Below are positions 35,193 through 46,652 of a stretch of DNA of 64,000 nt, one piece after another. The stretch spans positions 434,001-498,000 of the forward strand of contig JABVCE010000022.1 of NCBI GenBank assembly GCA_014905635.1, given 5' to 3'. The stretch comes from Scenedesmus sp. PABB004 (Eukaryota). The notes below the pieces were generated by a model, which was not told the origin of the DNA, ran no database searches, and saw only the letters and a program-made list of their open reading frames with translations. The stretch's first letter is position 1. The number at the start of each line of letters is the position of its first letter. The position numbers were made by a program, and so were the translations under genes.

Positions 35193-38100
35193 ATGAAGGC
35201 GTCCGCGGGCGTGCAGGCCAAGCCGGGCCTGCGTGGGCGCACTGCCTTGACGCCATGCCGGTGCGCTGCCGCCGCGCACGGGCGGCATCCCCGTCCCACG
35301 CGCCGCGCATTGCTCACGCGCCCCTCACCGCGTGCTCACAGGCCCAGCAGCGTGCGCCGCGGGCGGCCCGTGGTGCGGTGCGAGGGCGCGAAGCCAGGTG
35401 CGCCGCCGCTCCGAGCGCTGCGGCGCGATCCAGGCCCCTCCGCGCCTGCGCCGCCGCTCACCGCCCGCCCGCGCGCAGGCACCGCGAAGGCGGGGTCGGG
35501 GGCCGCGCCTGGCGGCCTGGGGGGCCTGTTTGGCACCATCACGCGCAGCATCGGCACCGTCGGCGCCGCGGCGCGCAAGGGGCCCAAGGACCCGCGCACG
35601 GTGCGCCCCCGGCGCGCGCGCCGCCGCCGCGCGGCGCCGGGCGGCGCGGCGGCGGCGATCGGCGCTCCGGCGCGGCGCCGCGCGGCGCACGGGGCCGCGG
35701 CCGCGCCGGCAGCGGCGCGGCGGTTGGCGGCGGCGGCTGCGTCCGACGCGCGCGCGCGGCGGCCGTCCCCGCGCGCGCGCAGGTGTTTGTCGCGGGCGCG
35801 ACGGGCCGCCTCGGCGCGCGCGTGCTGCGCGAGCTGCTGGCGGCGGGCTTCAAGGTCCGCGCCGGCGCGCGCGACGTGGACGCGGCCAAGGCGAGCACGG
35901 GCGTCGCGGTGCAGTTTGGCCTGCTCGCGCCGGAGCAGCTCGCGCGGCTGAGCTGGGTGGAGTTTGACCTGGAGGCGCCCGAGTCCATCCCCGCCGCGCT
36001 CGGCAACGCGAGCCGGGTGAGCCGCGCCCGGGCGGCGAGCCGCGGCGCCCGCGCTTGCCGGCGACCGCCGGCCGCGCGCGGTCCCCGCCGCCCGCGGGCC
36101 GCCGCCGCCCACGCGCCGCGCGCGCGCCCCCCGGCAGGTCATCTGCACCGTCGGCGCGCCCGAGAGCGCGACGCTCGAGCCCTCGGCGCCGCGGCGCATC
36201 GACGGCGACGGCAGCATCGCGCTCGTCGAGGCGGCAGCCGCGGCGGGCGTGGAGCAGTTTGTGCTCGTGACGAGCCTCGGCACCGGCAAGCTCGGCTTCC
36301 CCGCGGGCGTGCTCAACCTGTTCTGGGGCGTGCTCTCCCAGAAGCGGCGCGCCGAGGAGGCGCTCGAGCGCAGCGGTGCGCGCGCGGCGCATGACCCAGG
36401 ACCAGCCCGCGCGCCGCCGCCGCCCGCCCGCCCGCCCGCCGCCCGCAGCCGCCCGCCCCGCACCCACGGGCGCCGCCGCCGCCACGCCTGCCGCCACCAG
36501 GCATGGACTACCTGATCCTGCGCCCCGGCGGCATGGAGCGGCCGACGGACGAGTACAAGGCCACCCACAACCTCACCGTCAAGCCCCGCGACTCCACGTT
36601 TGGCGGCCAGGCGCGGCCGCGGCGCGCAGGGCGCGGCCGGGCACGGCCGCAGCGCCGCCGAGCCACGCCGAGCCCAAGCCGCGCCCCCGCCGAGCCCGCG
36701 CCCGCGCCCGCGCGCGCGCCGACCCGGCGCGCCGCAGGTGAGCCGGCTGCAGGTCGCCGAGCTCGCGGTCGCGGCGCTGGTCAACCCGGGGCTGGCGACC
36801 AACAAGTGCCTCGAGCTCGTGGCCGAGACGACCGCGCCGGCGCTGCCGCTTGAGCAGCTGCTGGAGGCGCTGCCCAGCGAAATCACCAAGGCGCGCACGC
36901 GCCCGGTCGCACGCCGAGCGGCGGGCGCGCGCGCCCGCGGGCGGCGGCGCCGAGCGACCGGCCGAGCGACCGCGCCGCGCCGCGCCGCGCGCCCCGCAGG
37001 AGGAGCAGCAGGCGCTGGCCGAGGCCGAGGCCGAGGCCAAGGCGAGCCTGGAGGCGGCGCAGGCGGCGCTGCGCGATGCGGAGGAGGAGCTGGCCGCGGC
37101 GTCGGACAAGGTGCGCTTCGCCCGCCTGCTCGCCGCCCCTCCCCCGGAGGGCCAGCCCTCCCTGGCCGGCCCCGGCCGCCGCCGCCGGCGGCTGCTCGGC
37201 CGCCCGCTCAGCTGCGCCGCGCCGCGCCACGCACCGTGCCGCAGGTCGCGCAGCTCGCCGACGCACTGAAGGAGGCCAAGGCCGCTGAGAAGCAGGTCCG
37301 CGCCGAGGCGGGGCCCATCCTGCGCGAGGGCAAGGCCGCGAGCGCCGCGCTTGCCGCCGCCGAGGCCGCCGCGGAGCGCGCGGTGAGCGCGCGCGCGCGC
37401 GCGCGGGGACGGCAGCCGCGCCGGGCGGGCCCGCCGCCGGCGGGGCGCCGCTCACGCCGCACGCGCTGTGCTGCTGCTCACGCCACACGCCGCGCCGCGT
37501 GCTCGCCGCCAGGCGCGCGAGGAGACCGCCGCGCGCGCCGTGCTTGAGGCCGCCAAGAAGGCGGGCGCCGCGGGCCAGCTGCTGAGCTCCAGGGAGCTGC
37601 AGGCCGCCGCGCAGGCGGCGCTCGCGCCGCCCAAGCCCGCGGCCGCGCCGGCCAAGGTGCGCGCCGGCGCCAGCAGCGGCTGCACGTCGCTGCCAGCGGC
37701 GGCGCGCGGCGCGCGGCGCGCGGCAGCGCCGTGCAGCCCGTCTCCCGCGCTGCTCACCCGCCGCGCCGCTCGCCGCCCCGCGCGCGCTCGCAGGCCGCCG
37801 CGGCGCCGTTTGCCCTCTTTGGCGCGAAGCCCGCCCCCGTCGAGGAGGAGGAGGAGGAGGCGGAGGCGGTGGTCGCTGCCCGCCCCGCCTCGCCCTTCGC
37901 GGCCCTCTTCGGCGGCCCCAAGGCGGCGGCGGTCGAGGAGGAGCAGGAGGAGGAGGAGGAGGCGGAGGAGGCCGCGCCCGCCAAGCCCGCGTCGCCCTTC
38001 GCCGCGCTGTTCGGCGGCAGGCAGGCGGCGGTGGAGGTGGAGGAGGTGGAGGAGGTGGAGGAGGTGGTGGAGGTGGTGGAGGAGCCGGCCCGCCCCGCCT

Positions 38101-39524
38101 CGCCCTTCGCGGGCCTCTTTGGCGGCGCCAAGCCTGTGCCCGCCGCGGCGCCGGCCAAGGCGGCGCCCGCGCCGCCCGCGCCGGCGGCCAAGGCGCCCGA
38201 GGCGGAGAAGCCGCGCGCCGCGTCGCCCTTTGCGGGCCTCTTTGGCGGCGGCTCGACGCTGCAGCTCGGCGACGACGCCAAGATCCGCGTCCCCGACCGC
38301 GAGGGCGCCGAGGCGCCGCCGCCGCCGCGCCAGGCCGCGCCCGCGCCCGCGGCGGCCGCGCCGCCCGCGGCGCCGGCCGCGCCGCGCGCCGCCGCGCCGC
38401 CGGTGCCCGACGCCGCGGCCGCGGCCGCGGCCGAGGCCAAGCGCAAGGCCGCAGTGGAGGAGGCCAAGGCCAAGCTGCAGCAGGAGCAGGTGCGCGGGCG
38501 CGCGGGGCGCGGGCGCGCGGGGCGCGGGCGCACGGGGCGTGCAGCGCGCCGCCCCCGCCGCCCGCTGACCCGCGGCGCTCCTCCGCCGCGCGCCCGCAGG
38601 AGGCGAAGGCTGCCGCGGCGAAGGCCGCCGCGGAGGCCGCCGCGGCCGAGGCCGCCGCGCTGTCGGCGATCAATGCTGAGCGGGAGGCCGCGGCGCGCAA
38701 GGCGGCCGAGGCCGCCGCCGCCAAGGAGGCCGAGGAGCGGGCAAAGGCCAAGGTGGGGGCGCGCGTGCGCGCGGCACCGCGTGCTGCTCACTGCGGCTCT
38801 CGCGGCGCTCGCGCCGGCCGCCGCGGCCGACGCGCCCGCGCCCGCGGCGCGTGCGCCCGCGCAGGCCGAGGCCGAGGCCGCGGCCAAGGCCGCGGCGGAC
38901 AAGGTCGCCGCGGAGAAGGCTGCGGCCGCGGCTGCCGCCGCCGCGGCGGCGGCCAAGGCGATCAAGGAGATGTCTGCGAGCCCCGAGGCGGAGGCCAAGC
39001 CCGCCGCGCCCAAGGCCCCCGCCGCCGCGCCTGCCGCTGGCGAGGTGGGCGGCCGTGGGGCGCGCGAGCGCGAGCGCGGCGCCGGCGCGGCGGGGGCGCC
39101 GCGCCGCGCGCAGCTCACGCCCCGCGCCCGCGCGTGCGCGCAGGTGCCGCCCAACGTCGCCGAGGCGCGCGCGTGGATCGCCGCCTGGCGCGCCAAGGGC
39201 GGCGCCAGCAGCAGCGGCGGCGGCGGCGGCGGCGCCAGCAGCAGCGCGCCCGCGCCGCCCGCCGCGCCCGCGCCGCCGGCGGTCACGCCCAGCAGCAGCA
39301 GCAGCGGCGCCAGCAGCAACGGCGCCGACGTGCCGCCGAACGTCGCCGAGGCGCGCGCGTGGATCGCCGCCTGGCGCGCCAAGGGCGGCGCCGGCGGCGC
39401 CGGCGGCGCGGCCGCGCCGCCGCAGGCCGAGGCCGAGGCGGACGTGGTCGTGGAGGAGGGTGGGGGCATCTTTGCGAGCGTGGGCAAGCTGTTTGGCGGC
39501 TTTGGCGGCGGCCAGCAGAAGTGA
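35193..39524 (+). CDS. Plastid Tic62-like atypical SDR (NAD(P)-binding) protein with coiled-coil and repeat-rich C-terminal extension
   Basis: Transit peptide (...PVVRC), VFVAGATGRLG, FVLVTSLGTGKLGFPAGVLNLFWGVL, ILRPGGMERPTD and FGGQVSRLQVAEL, all characteristic of the Tic62 N-terminal domain. Confidence 0.9.
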
Positions 39525-39816
39525 GCGGCTCGGCGAGCTAGCAGCGTGTGCGAGCGGGCGGCGGGGACGGGGGCGGGGGCGGGGCGCGGGCCCCGGCGGG
39601 CGAAGAACAGCACGGACCCGGGCGGCGGCGGCCGGCGGGGAGGGGCTCGAGCGCCCCGGGGCGGGCGCGCGGAGGTGAGGCGCGGCCCGCGCGCGCGGCG
39701 CGTGCGAGCTCGAGAGCGGCGGCTGTGTTGACGCCGCGCGGCGAGGCTGTTGAGGCGAGCAGGTCAGGCCCATTTGATCTGCGTGCAACAGAGTCGACAG
39801 CGCAGGATTGGGCCCG

Positions 39817-40805
39817 CTGCGGGCGGAAGCTACATCGTCTCCGGGGCGGGCGCCCGCGGGACCAGAGCGCCGCCCCCAGCCTGGCACGAGCTCCCCCCAC
39901 TCCCCGCGGCCGCCCGCGCCCACGCGCGAGCAGCGTTGCGCCGGCCCGAGCTCGGCAGCTCGGCCGCTGATGGCCGGCCGCGCGCCGCCGCCCCGCGGGC
40001 CGAGGGCGCCCGCCGGGCCCGCACCGCCCCTGGCCGCGCCACGGCCGGTCCGCCACGCGCGCGGCGACCGCCGCCGCCGCCGCCGTGCGCCGTGCGCTGC
40101 GCTGCCCCGAGGGCCGGCCTCGGCGCGCCCACACCGCCAGCTCCCAGGTCGCCCCGGGCCCAGCGCGCGCATCTGCCACCGCCGGCACACGCGCCGTGCT
40201 GCGCCGTCGCGCGGCGGCTGCGTGCGGCGCCGGAGCGGGCGAGCCGGTCAAGGTGCTGGCGATGGCCCGACTACTGCCCCGGTGCTGCGCGCGGGCGGGA
40301 GCACGCTCGCGGTTCAAGCGTCTGCCGCGCTTTTGCTCGAGCCCGCAACAACGGCAGGGCCTTGCTCGCCCAGCCCGCTGCGCAGCCGCTCAGCGCGCAG
40401 GCGCCACTGCCGACTCGGGAGCCGCGGCAGCCAGCGCGCGCGGTCACACGCTGCGCGTCTCGCTCGCGCCCGCTCCCGCGCCCTGCCAGCCAGGCGCGCC
40501 CACGCGGCCGCGGCCAGGCGCGCCCGGCATGGAGTGCGACGCGGACGTGCGCCCGGCGGCCGACCAGGCCGCGCCGACGGCCCTCCTGCGCGCCCTGGGC
40601 ATCGCGCACGACTGCGGCCACGCGTGCGTCGTCGAGCACACCTGGGGCAACGTCTGGCGCTGCGCCTCCAGCGGCCAGCTGCACGTGTGCGACGCCACGT
40701 GCGCCAAGCGGGTCTGGTGCGACCCCCACACCGACATCTGCGTCCTCTCCCGGCGCCGCTTCGCCCGGGAGGCCGCGGGGCGCCCCGCGCCGGAGCCCAG
40801 GTGCG
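39817..40805 (+). repeat. Right arm of the ~980-bp inverted duplication
   Basis: Reverse complement of 34042-35021. Confidence 0.97.
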
Positions 40806-41020
40806 GCGCCATGCCGCGTCCGGCCGCGCCCCGCGCGGCGCACGCGCCGCCGCGCCCCGTGCGCGGCGCGGCGCCCGCCGACGCGCCCGCCGCTGCTCTC
40901 CCTGGCCGCCGCCCCGGCAGGAAGCGCGGCTGCTTCTCCGCGCAGGACGCGGGCGAGGGGGCCAAGAAGGTGTGCGGCGGCGCCGCGATCGGCGGTGTGG
41001 CGTGCAGCATGGAGTGCTGA
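40529..41020 (+). CDS. Small Cys/His-rich putative zinc-binding protein (herpes UL92 / SKIP31 C-terminal-like), 2 exons
   Basis: H-x-C-x3-C...GNVWRC-x2-SG-x2-HVCD-x2-C...C-x2-S pattern. Intron 40801-40920, then a basic RKR...AKK segment (NLS-like) and stop at 41018-41020. Confidence 0.7.
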   Translation: MECDADVRPAADQAAPTALLRALGIAHDCGHACVVEHTWGNVWRCASSGQLHVCDATCAKRVWCDPHTDICVLSRRRFAREAAGRPAPEPRCGAMPRPAAPRAAHAPPRPVRGAAPADAPAAALPGRRPGRKRGCFSAQDAGEGAKKVCGGAAIGGVACSMEC

Positions 41021-41702
41021 TGAGCAGCGCCGGCGAGCGCTGCCACGGCAGCAGCAGCCGCCTGCGGGGCCCGCCTCCCCCGCTGCGGCTGCTGCGCGGC
41101 GACCAGCGCGGCGCGCGCGGCGGCGGGAGGCCGCCGGCGCGCCGCGCTGGGCGCCGCTGGACGCACTGCTTCGCACGCGCATGGACGCCTGGCGCCGCCA
41201 GCTTCCGGAGGCGCGGCCGCCGCACATTGGCGGCGGCGGCCCGTCCGCGCGACGAGTGAGGACCTGACCTGACCTGGTTTGGTGGCGGTGAGGGGGCCTT
41301 CCTTCCTTGCCGCGCGCCTGAACGCCCGCCGGGGCGCGGCGCCCCAGTTTTTTCCCGCGAGCGCCGCCGCGTCTGCGCGGCCGCCGCGCCACCCTTTCCC
41401 GCGCCGCCTGCCGCCGGCGGGCGCGCTTTTGGACCCCATGCGCGCTGCGCGCGCGCAGCACCACCGATGTGCGCCTGGCCTCGCGGCCGGCGCTGGCCGC
41501 GCAGCTGCGCCGGTCACGCACTGAACGCGGACACATGGCCGGGAGCCGCCGGCACGCGTGTCTGCGACGACGACACACGCCCGGCGGCGTAGCGCTGGAC
41601 CGCTCTCCCGGACCCTGGTTTTTGGATGAAGAAACGGCCTGTACAGCCCACCCACCACCAGCACACCGGACTGGCACGCGCGGATATCGCGCAGCGCCGC
41701 CT

Positions 41703-41707
41703 TGTAA
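41703..41707 (+). promoter_or_regulatory. Candidate poly(A) signal TGTAA
   Basis: TGTAA in the convergent 3' interval downstream of the 40529-41020 gene. Confidence 0.35.
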
Positions 41708-41734
41708 CTCGGTTACGCGAGTTACGCGAGTCAG

Positions 41735-43179
41735 TCACGGGAGCTGCTGCTGCGCGCGCTCGCTGCAGCGCAGCAGCGCGCCGCGCGTGGCCAGCACGTC
41801 GATGCGGCGGTCGTGGTCGCTCGTGGGCACCTCGGCCACCACCTGCTGCTCAAACGCGAGCGCGACTGCGGCCGGCGCGGCGCGGCGAGGCGTGAGCCGC
41901 GCCCCGCGCCGCGCGCCACGCGCGCCCTTGCCCCGCCGCCGGCCGGCTGCGGCACGCACCCAGCCAGGGCGCCTGCCAGCCGTGGCGCCGCGCGCGCGCC
42001 TCCAGGTCGTGCACCAGCTTGTCGTAGTAGCTGCGCGAGGCAGCGGCGGCGAGGGGCGGCGGCGGGGCCTTGCAGCGCCGGCCGAGAGCGGGCGCGGGCG
42101 CGGGCGCAGCGTGCGCGTGCGCGCACCCGCCGCCGCGCCCGAGGCGCCGCCCCGCCGCGTCAAAGCCCAGGCCAGGCATCAGCAGGAGGTCCAGGCCGAA
42201 CGGCGCCTCAAGCGCTGCGGGCGCGCAGCGCAACGCTCGTCGCGGCCGGCCCCACAGCTGCCGCCGGCGCGCGCAGCTGCCTCCGGCGCACCGTGCTCGC
42301 GCGGCGTGCCGTCGGGGCGGGTGCGCGGCGGCTCCAGGATGCCAAACGGCGGCGCCGGCTGCAGGTCGTTCAGCGTGTCTGCCGCGGCGCCGCGCATCGC
42401 TGGGCGGCGGCGCGCGCGCGGCGGCGCGGTGGCGCACGGTGGGGCACGGGGGCGCACCCACCTATGTGCAGGAGGCGCATGCAGCTCTGGCCCTCCTCCA
42501 CCAGCGGCACAAACACCTGCTTGCCTGCAGCGGCGCCGGGCGCGCGGGGGCCCCGCAGCGAGCACTCAGCTGCGGCGGCGGGCGCGAGGGCCGCGGCCGC
42601 CGGGCGCGCGCGCCCGCCCGCGCTCGCGTGCGCACCCTGCTCCAGCGCCGCGCGCAGCAGGGCGCTGGTGTCGACCTCGCGCAGCCGGGCGCAGGTGACG
42701 TACAGGCCCACGCTGCGCGCCTGGCGGAACGCGGGCGACGCCGCGACGGCCGCGCACACGGCGGCGCCTGCGGCGGCGGCGCCGCGCGGTGGCGCCGTGA
42801 GACCCGTGCGCCCGCGCGGCGTCGGGAGCCCCCGCGGCGGCGGCGGCGGCGGCGCGCAGCGCGGCGGCGCACTCTGGGCGTCCATGTCTGCCACGCCCCG
42901 TAGCGCCGCCTTGAGCTCCGCGCGCATCGCGCGCTTCGCGCCCACCGCCGCCGCCGCCGCCGCCGCCGCCGCGCCGCCGGCCGCGCCGCCGGCCGCCGCG
43001 GCGGCCGCCGGCGGCGCCATGCGCGGCGCGGCGCTGCTGTGCTGCCGCTGCTGCCGCTGCGCGCCGGCACTCCCGCCGGGCAGCGAGCGCGTGCACGTGC
43101 GGCGCAACGCCTCCAGCCCGCGGGGAGACGCGGTCCGCGCGGCGGCCAGGGCTGCTGCGGCCAGGGCGGCGGCGGGCAT
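41735..43179 (-). CDS. MTHFS: 5-formyltetrahydrofolate cyclo-ligase, organelle-targeted
   Basis: AKRAMRAELK, LREVDT, KQVFVP, PFGILEP, LLLMPGLGFDAAGRRLGRGGG|YYD and VPTSDHDRRID. Confidence 0.95.
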
Positions 43180-43492
43180 GCGCTGCCCTCGCGCGCTCGG
43201 AGGGGGCGGGCCGTGTGCTTCGTGCGTGGGCGCAGCAGCTCGGCAGCAGCAGCGGGGGAAGAGAGCTCACGGGCGAGCACGTGCGAGCACTGGGGCGCAC
43301 ACGGCGGCCGCGCGCGCTTCAGCGTCACGCCGCCAGCGCTCGAATCGTCGAAAGTCGTCGAACGCAAGGCCTGCTCCCCAGCCCGCCGCCCGACCGCCCA
43401 CGGTCCAGCCCGGCAGCAGCGCCGCGTGTGTGCACGCCAGCGGCGCGGCGCGGCGCGCACACCAACGCCACCGGCGCGCGGCGGCCGGCGCG

Positions 43493-44330
43493 ATGGCCGC
43501 CGACGGCCTGGACGCGCTGCTCGACGCCTGGGGCGAGGAGGGAGACGGGGCCGCGCCTGAGCAGCAGCGGCCGGCGCCGGCAGCGACGCTGGAGCTGGAC
43601 GCGCTGTTCGAGGACGACGACGACGACCAGGCGGCCCCCGCGGCGCCGGCCGGCGCGCCGCCGCCCCAGCCGCCGCCGGCGGCGCGGCAGCAGCCGCCCG
43701 CCCCCCGGGCGCGCGCGTTTCCGCCCCTCACCGGCGGCGGCGGCCTGGCCGCGAGCGGCGTCGCCGGCGCTGCGGCACACCGCGCCGCCAAGCCGGGCGG
43801 CGGGGGGGAGTGCCTGCACTATGTTGAGAAGCTCACAGGGCTCAAGGTGCGGCGCGCTGGCGCCGCTCCCGCCGCGCGCGGGCCCGGCGCCGTGCGAGAG
43901 CCCGTCGCCGCGCCGCGCAGATCAAGCTGCCGCGCGTGTCGGGCGTGGTGCTGCGGGAGCGCTTCCGCGCGCTGACCTGGGTGCCGCTCGCCAAGGCCAA
44001 GTGCGCCCGCGCGGCGCGCACGCGTGCGCGGCCGCGGCCGCGGCCGCGGCCCGGGCGCCGGCGCCGACGCCGGCCCCGCCGCGCCGCGCCGCCCGCCAGG
44101 GACTACCACGCGCCGCCCGACGGCGCGGGCTGGGTGACGGTGGGCGTGCTGGTGGCCAAGGCGTTTGGCACGACGAGCGCGGGCGCGCCGTACAGCCGCT
44201 GGCGGCTCAGCGACCTCTCCGGCGCCGACGCGTGGGTCGCGCTCTTCGGCGACGCGCACAAGGACCACTACGCAGCGGGCGAGGGCTCGGTCGTGGCGCT
44301 GCACTCGCCGCGCTTCGCGCCCAAGGGCCC

Positions 44331-44367
<37 letters not shown>

Positions 44368-46366
44368 CTGGCGGTCGCACAGCCGGCGCAGGTGGAGCTG
44401 CTCGCGGCGTCGGCGGGCTGGGGGTTCTGCCGCGGCGTGACCAAGGCCGGCACGCGCTGCACCAACGCGGTGGACACGACGCAAAGCCAGTTTTGCTCGT
44501 ACCACGCCCTGCAGCAGGCCAAGACGCTGCGCGGCGGCACCGCGCAGCGCGCGGCGCGGCCGGCGGGGGGGCGGCGGCGCGGCGGCGCTGCCGGCGCAGC
44601 CAGGTGCGGGGCGGCGGCGGCGCGCGCCGGCCACCAGCCTGGATGGAGCCTCCGCGCCTGACCGCTGACGCCGCCGGCCGCAGCGCGGAGCAACGGCAAG
44701 GTGTTTGATGCGCGCAAGGGCAGCTGGGGCAGCCTCTGCGCCAAGCCGCCAGTGCTGCCAGCAGCCGCCAGCGCTGGCGCGCCCCCGCCGCAGCAGCCCC
44801 GGCCGGGCGCGCCCCTCGGCGGCGGGCTGGGCAGGGCGGCGGGCCCGCCGCAGCCACCCCAGCCGCGCGCGGTGAGCGCCGGCGGTCCTGGGGGCGGGCC
44901 AGCGGCAGCCGCGGGCGGCGGCCAGCGCACGGCAGCGGCAGAGGCTGACCGGCAGCGGCGGCACGGGGCGCAGCAGGCTGAGCTGCGGGTGAGTCGGCGC
45001 ACTGCACTGGCGGCCCTGCCTGCCGCTGGGTGCGGCGCACCCCGCGCTCCCGCCCGCCCGCCCCGCCCGCCCGCCCCGCGCTCACGCCTCGCCTCTGAAC
45101 GCGCAGGAGACGCTGCGGCGGCAGCTCGAGCAGCAGCGCGCGCTGGGCGCAGCGGGCAGCCAGGCGCGTGCGGCGGGTGGCTGCGGCAGCGGTGCAGCGG
45201 CCAGGGGCGCAGCTGGCAGCGGCGCCGGCAGTGGTGGCGGCAGCGGCAGCAGCGGCTTCTGCCTCAGTGCCGTGGTCGCGGCGGTGGCGGCAGACGGGCG
45301 GCAGCAGCACGGCGGCGAGCCGCCCCCGCCGCGGCAGCCAAAGCAGCAGGCGCCTGGCGCGGGCGAGTCGCCTGCGGACAGCGAGGAGGGCGACGACGAC
45401 GGCGGCCTGCAGATCCTGCCGCCCGGCAGCGGGCAGCAGCGGCGGGAGCAGCAGCCGCCCGCGGACAGCCAGCAGCAGGCGGCGGCAGCGGCCGCGCGCG
45501 CCGGCATCGCCGTGGCGGCTGCGGTCGGCCGGCCCGCGCCCAGCGGCGGCGTGGCGAAGCAGCGGCTCAAAGCGGACCTCGGACTGGGGCCGCGGCCCTC
45601 CAAGGCCGCCAAGGCCAAGGCCGGCGCCGCCGGCAGGTCGCAACAGCCGCGCGCGCCCGGTTTGGCGCCCGGCGCGGGCGGCGGCGGCAGCTTCCAGGCC
45701 GCGTTTGGGCGCGTGCTGCAGCGCGCGGACGTCGCCAAGCCCGACGCCAGGCTGCTGGATGCGGTTGCGGGCGCGGCGCACAGCTCGATGGTGGCCAAGC
45801 TGCTGGACCAATACGGACAGAAGGACCAGCTGGCGCAGCAGCTCGACGGGCTCACCAAGCTCACGGTGCGCCGGCGGCAGCGCCGCGCGGGCTGGCGCCG
45901 CTCGCGAGCGCTGCCGTCCGAGCTTCGGGGCGCTGCCCAGGACATCGCCGCGTGCGCGCGCCACAGCGTCACCGGGCTGGAGAGCAGACGCGCCGCGCCC
46001 GCGCCGCCGCCCGCCCGCCGCCGCGCGCAGGTGACCGCGTTTGAGTGCCGCACGTGCCGCGGCCTGAGCGAGAAGCGGCGCGCCGCGTGCGCGTCGCACG
46101 ACGTGGTGCCGCTGCGCGTGACCAAGCGCTGGTGGACGTGCGACGCGTGCGGCTGGCGCGTGACAACGCTGCGCGAGGTGCTGCCAAGCCGGCGCTGCCC
46201 GCACTGCCGCGACCCCGGCCTCGCCTTCACTGCCGCGTCGGCGTATGCAGGGCCGAAGGCGCCCGTGCTCGGCCTGGCCAGCGCCGGCGCGGCGGCGCCC
46301 GCGAGCCGCGAGGCCATGCTGCCGCGCGGGACCGAGCACGCCTTCTGCCTGCAGGACTCGCTGTGA
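43493..46366 (+). CDS. MCM10: MCM10 replication factor
   Basis: VEKLTGLK, WVTVGVL, WRLSDL and LFGDAH (OB fold); CCCH finger GFCRGVTKAGTRC...FCSYH; C-terminal CxxC...C..H and CxxC...CxxC fingers. Confidence 0.92.
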
Positions 46367-46493
46367 GCCGCCGCGCGCGCGCGGGGGCGAGCCCGGCGCG
46401 GGTGGCGGCGGGCCGCGCGAGGTCACCCGCACGCCGCAGCAGGCTGAGCGGGCCCAGCGCACGCTATCGTACAGAGGGCCCGGGCCGCGCCGT

Positions 46494-46616
46494 TCAGTCC
46501 CAGTCGTCCCAATCCTCGCCGCCGCCGGCGCCGCTGCGCGCGCCGCCCGCGCGGCCAGCAGCTGCCGGGGTGCCGTCGTCGGGCTCGTCTCCCCAGTTGT
46601 CGTCGTCATCGTCCGC

Positions 46617-46652
<36 letters not shown>

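Noticed and set aside
39144..39389. WRAK as a pyrenoid Rubisco-binding motif
   Set aside because: It lacks the hydrophobic and acidic positions of W[+]xx-hydrophobic-[-] (Gly-Gly instead).
34042..40805. Inverted repeats as a composite or Mutator/foldback transposon
   Set aside because: The arms are host gene sequence ending inside an intron, with no transposase and no evident target-site duplication. Not fully excluded without a genome-wide copy search.
41018..41272. TGATGA and CTGA as a box C/D snoRNA
   Set aside because: TGATGA is the tandem stop of the Cys/His gene, the spacing is about 250 nt, and there is no terminal stem.
41704..41731. GTAAC-TCG-GTTAC hairpin and GTTACGCGA tandem as a terminator
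   Set aside because: Too short and without a U tract. Bacterial-type terminators are not expected in nuclear DNA.
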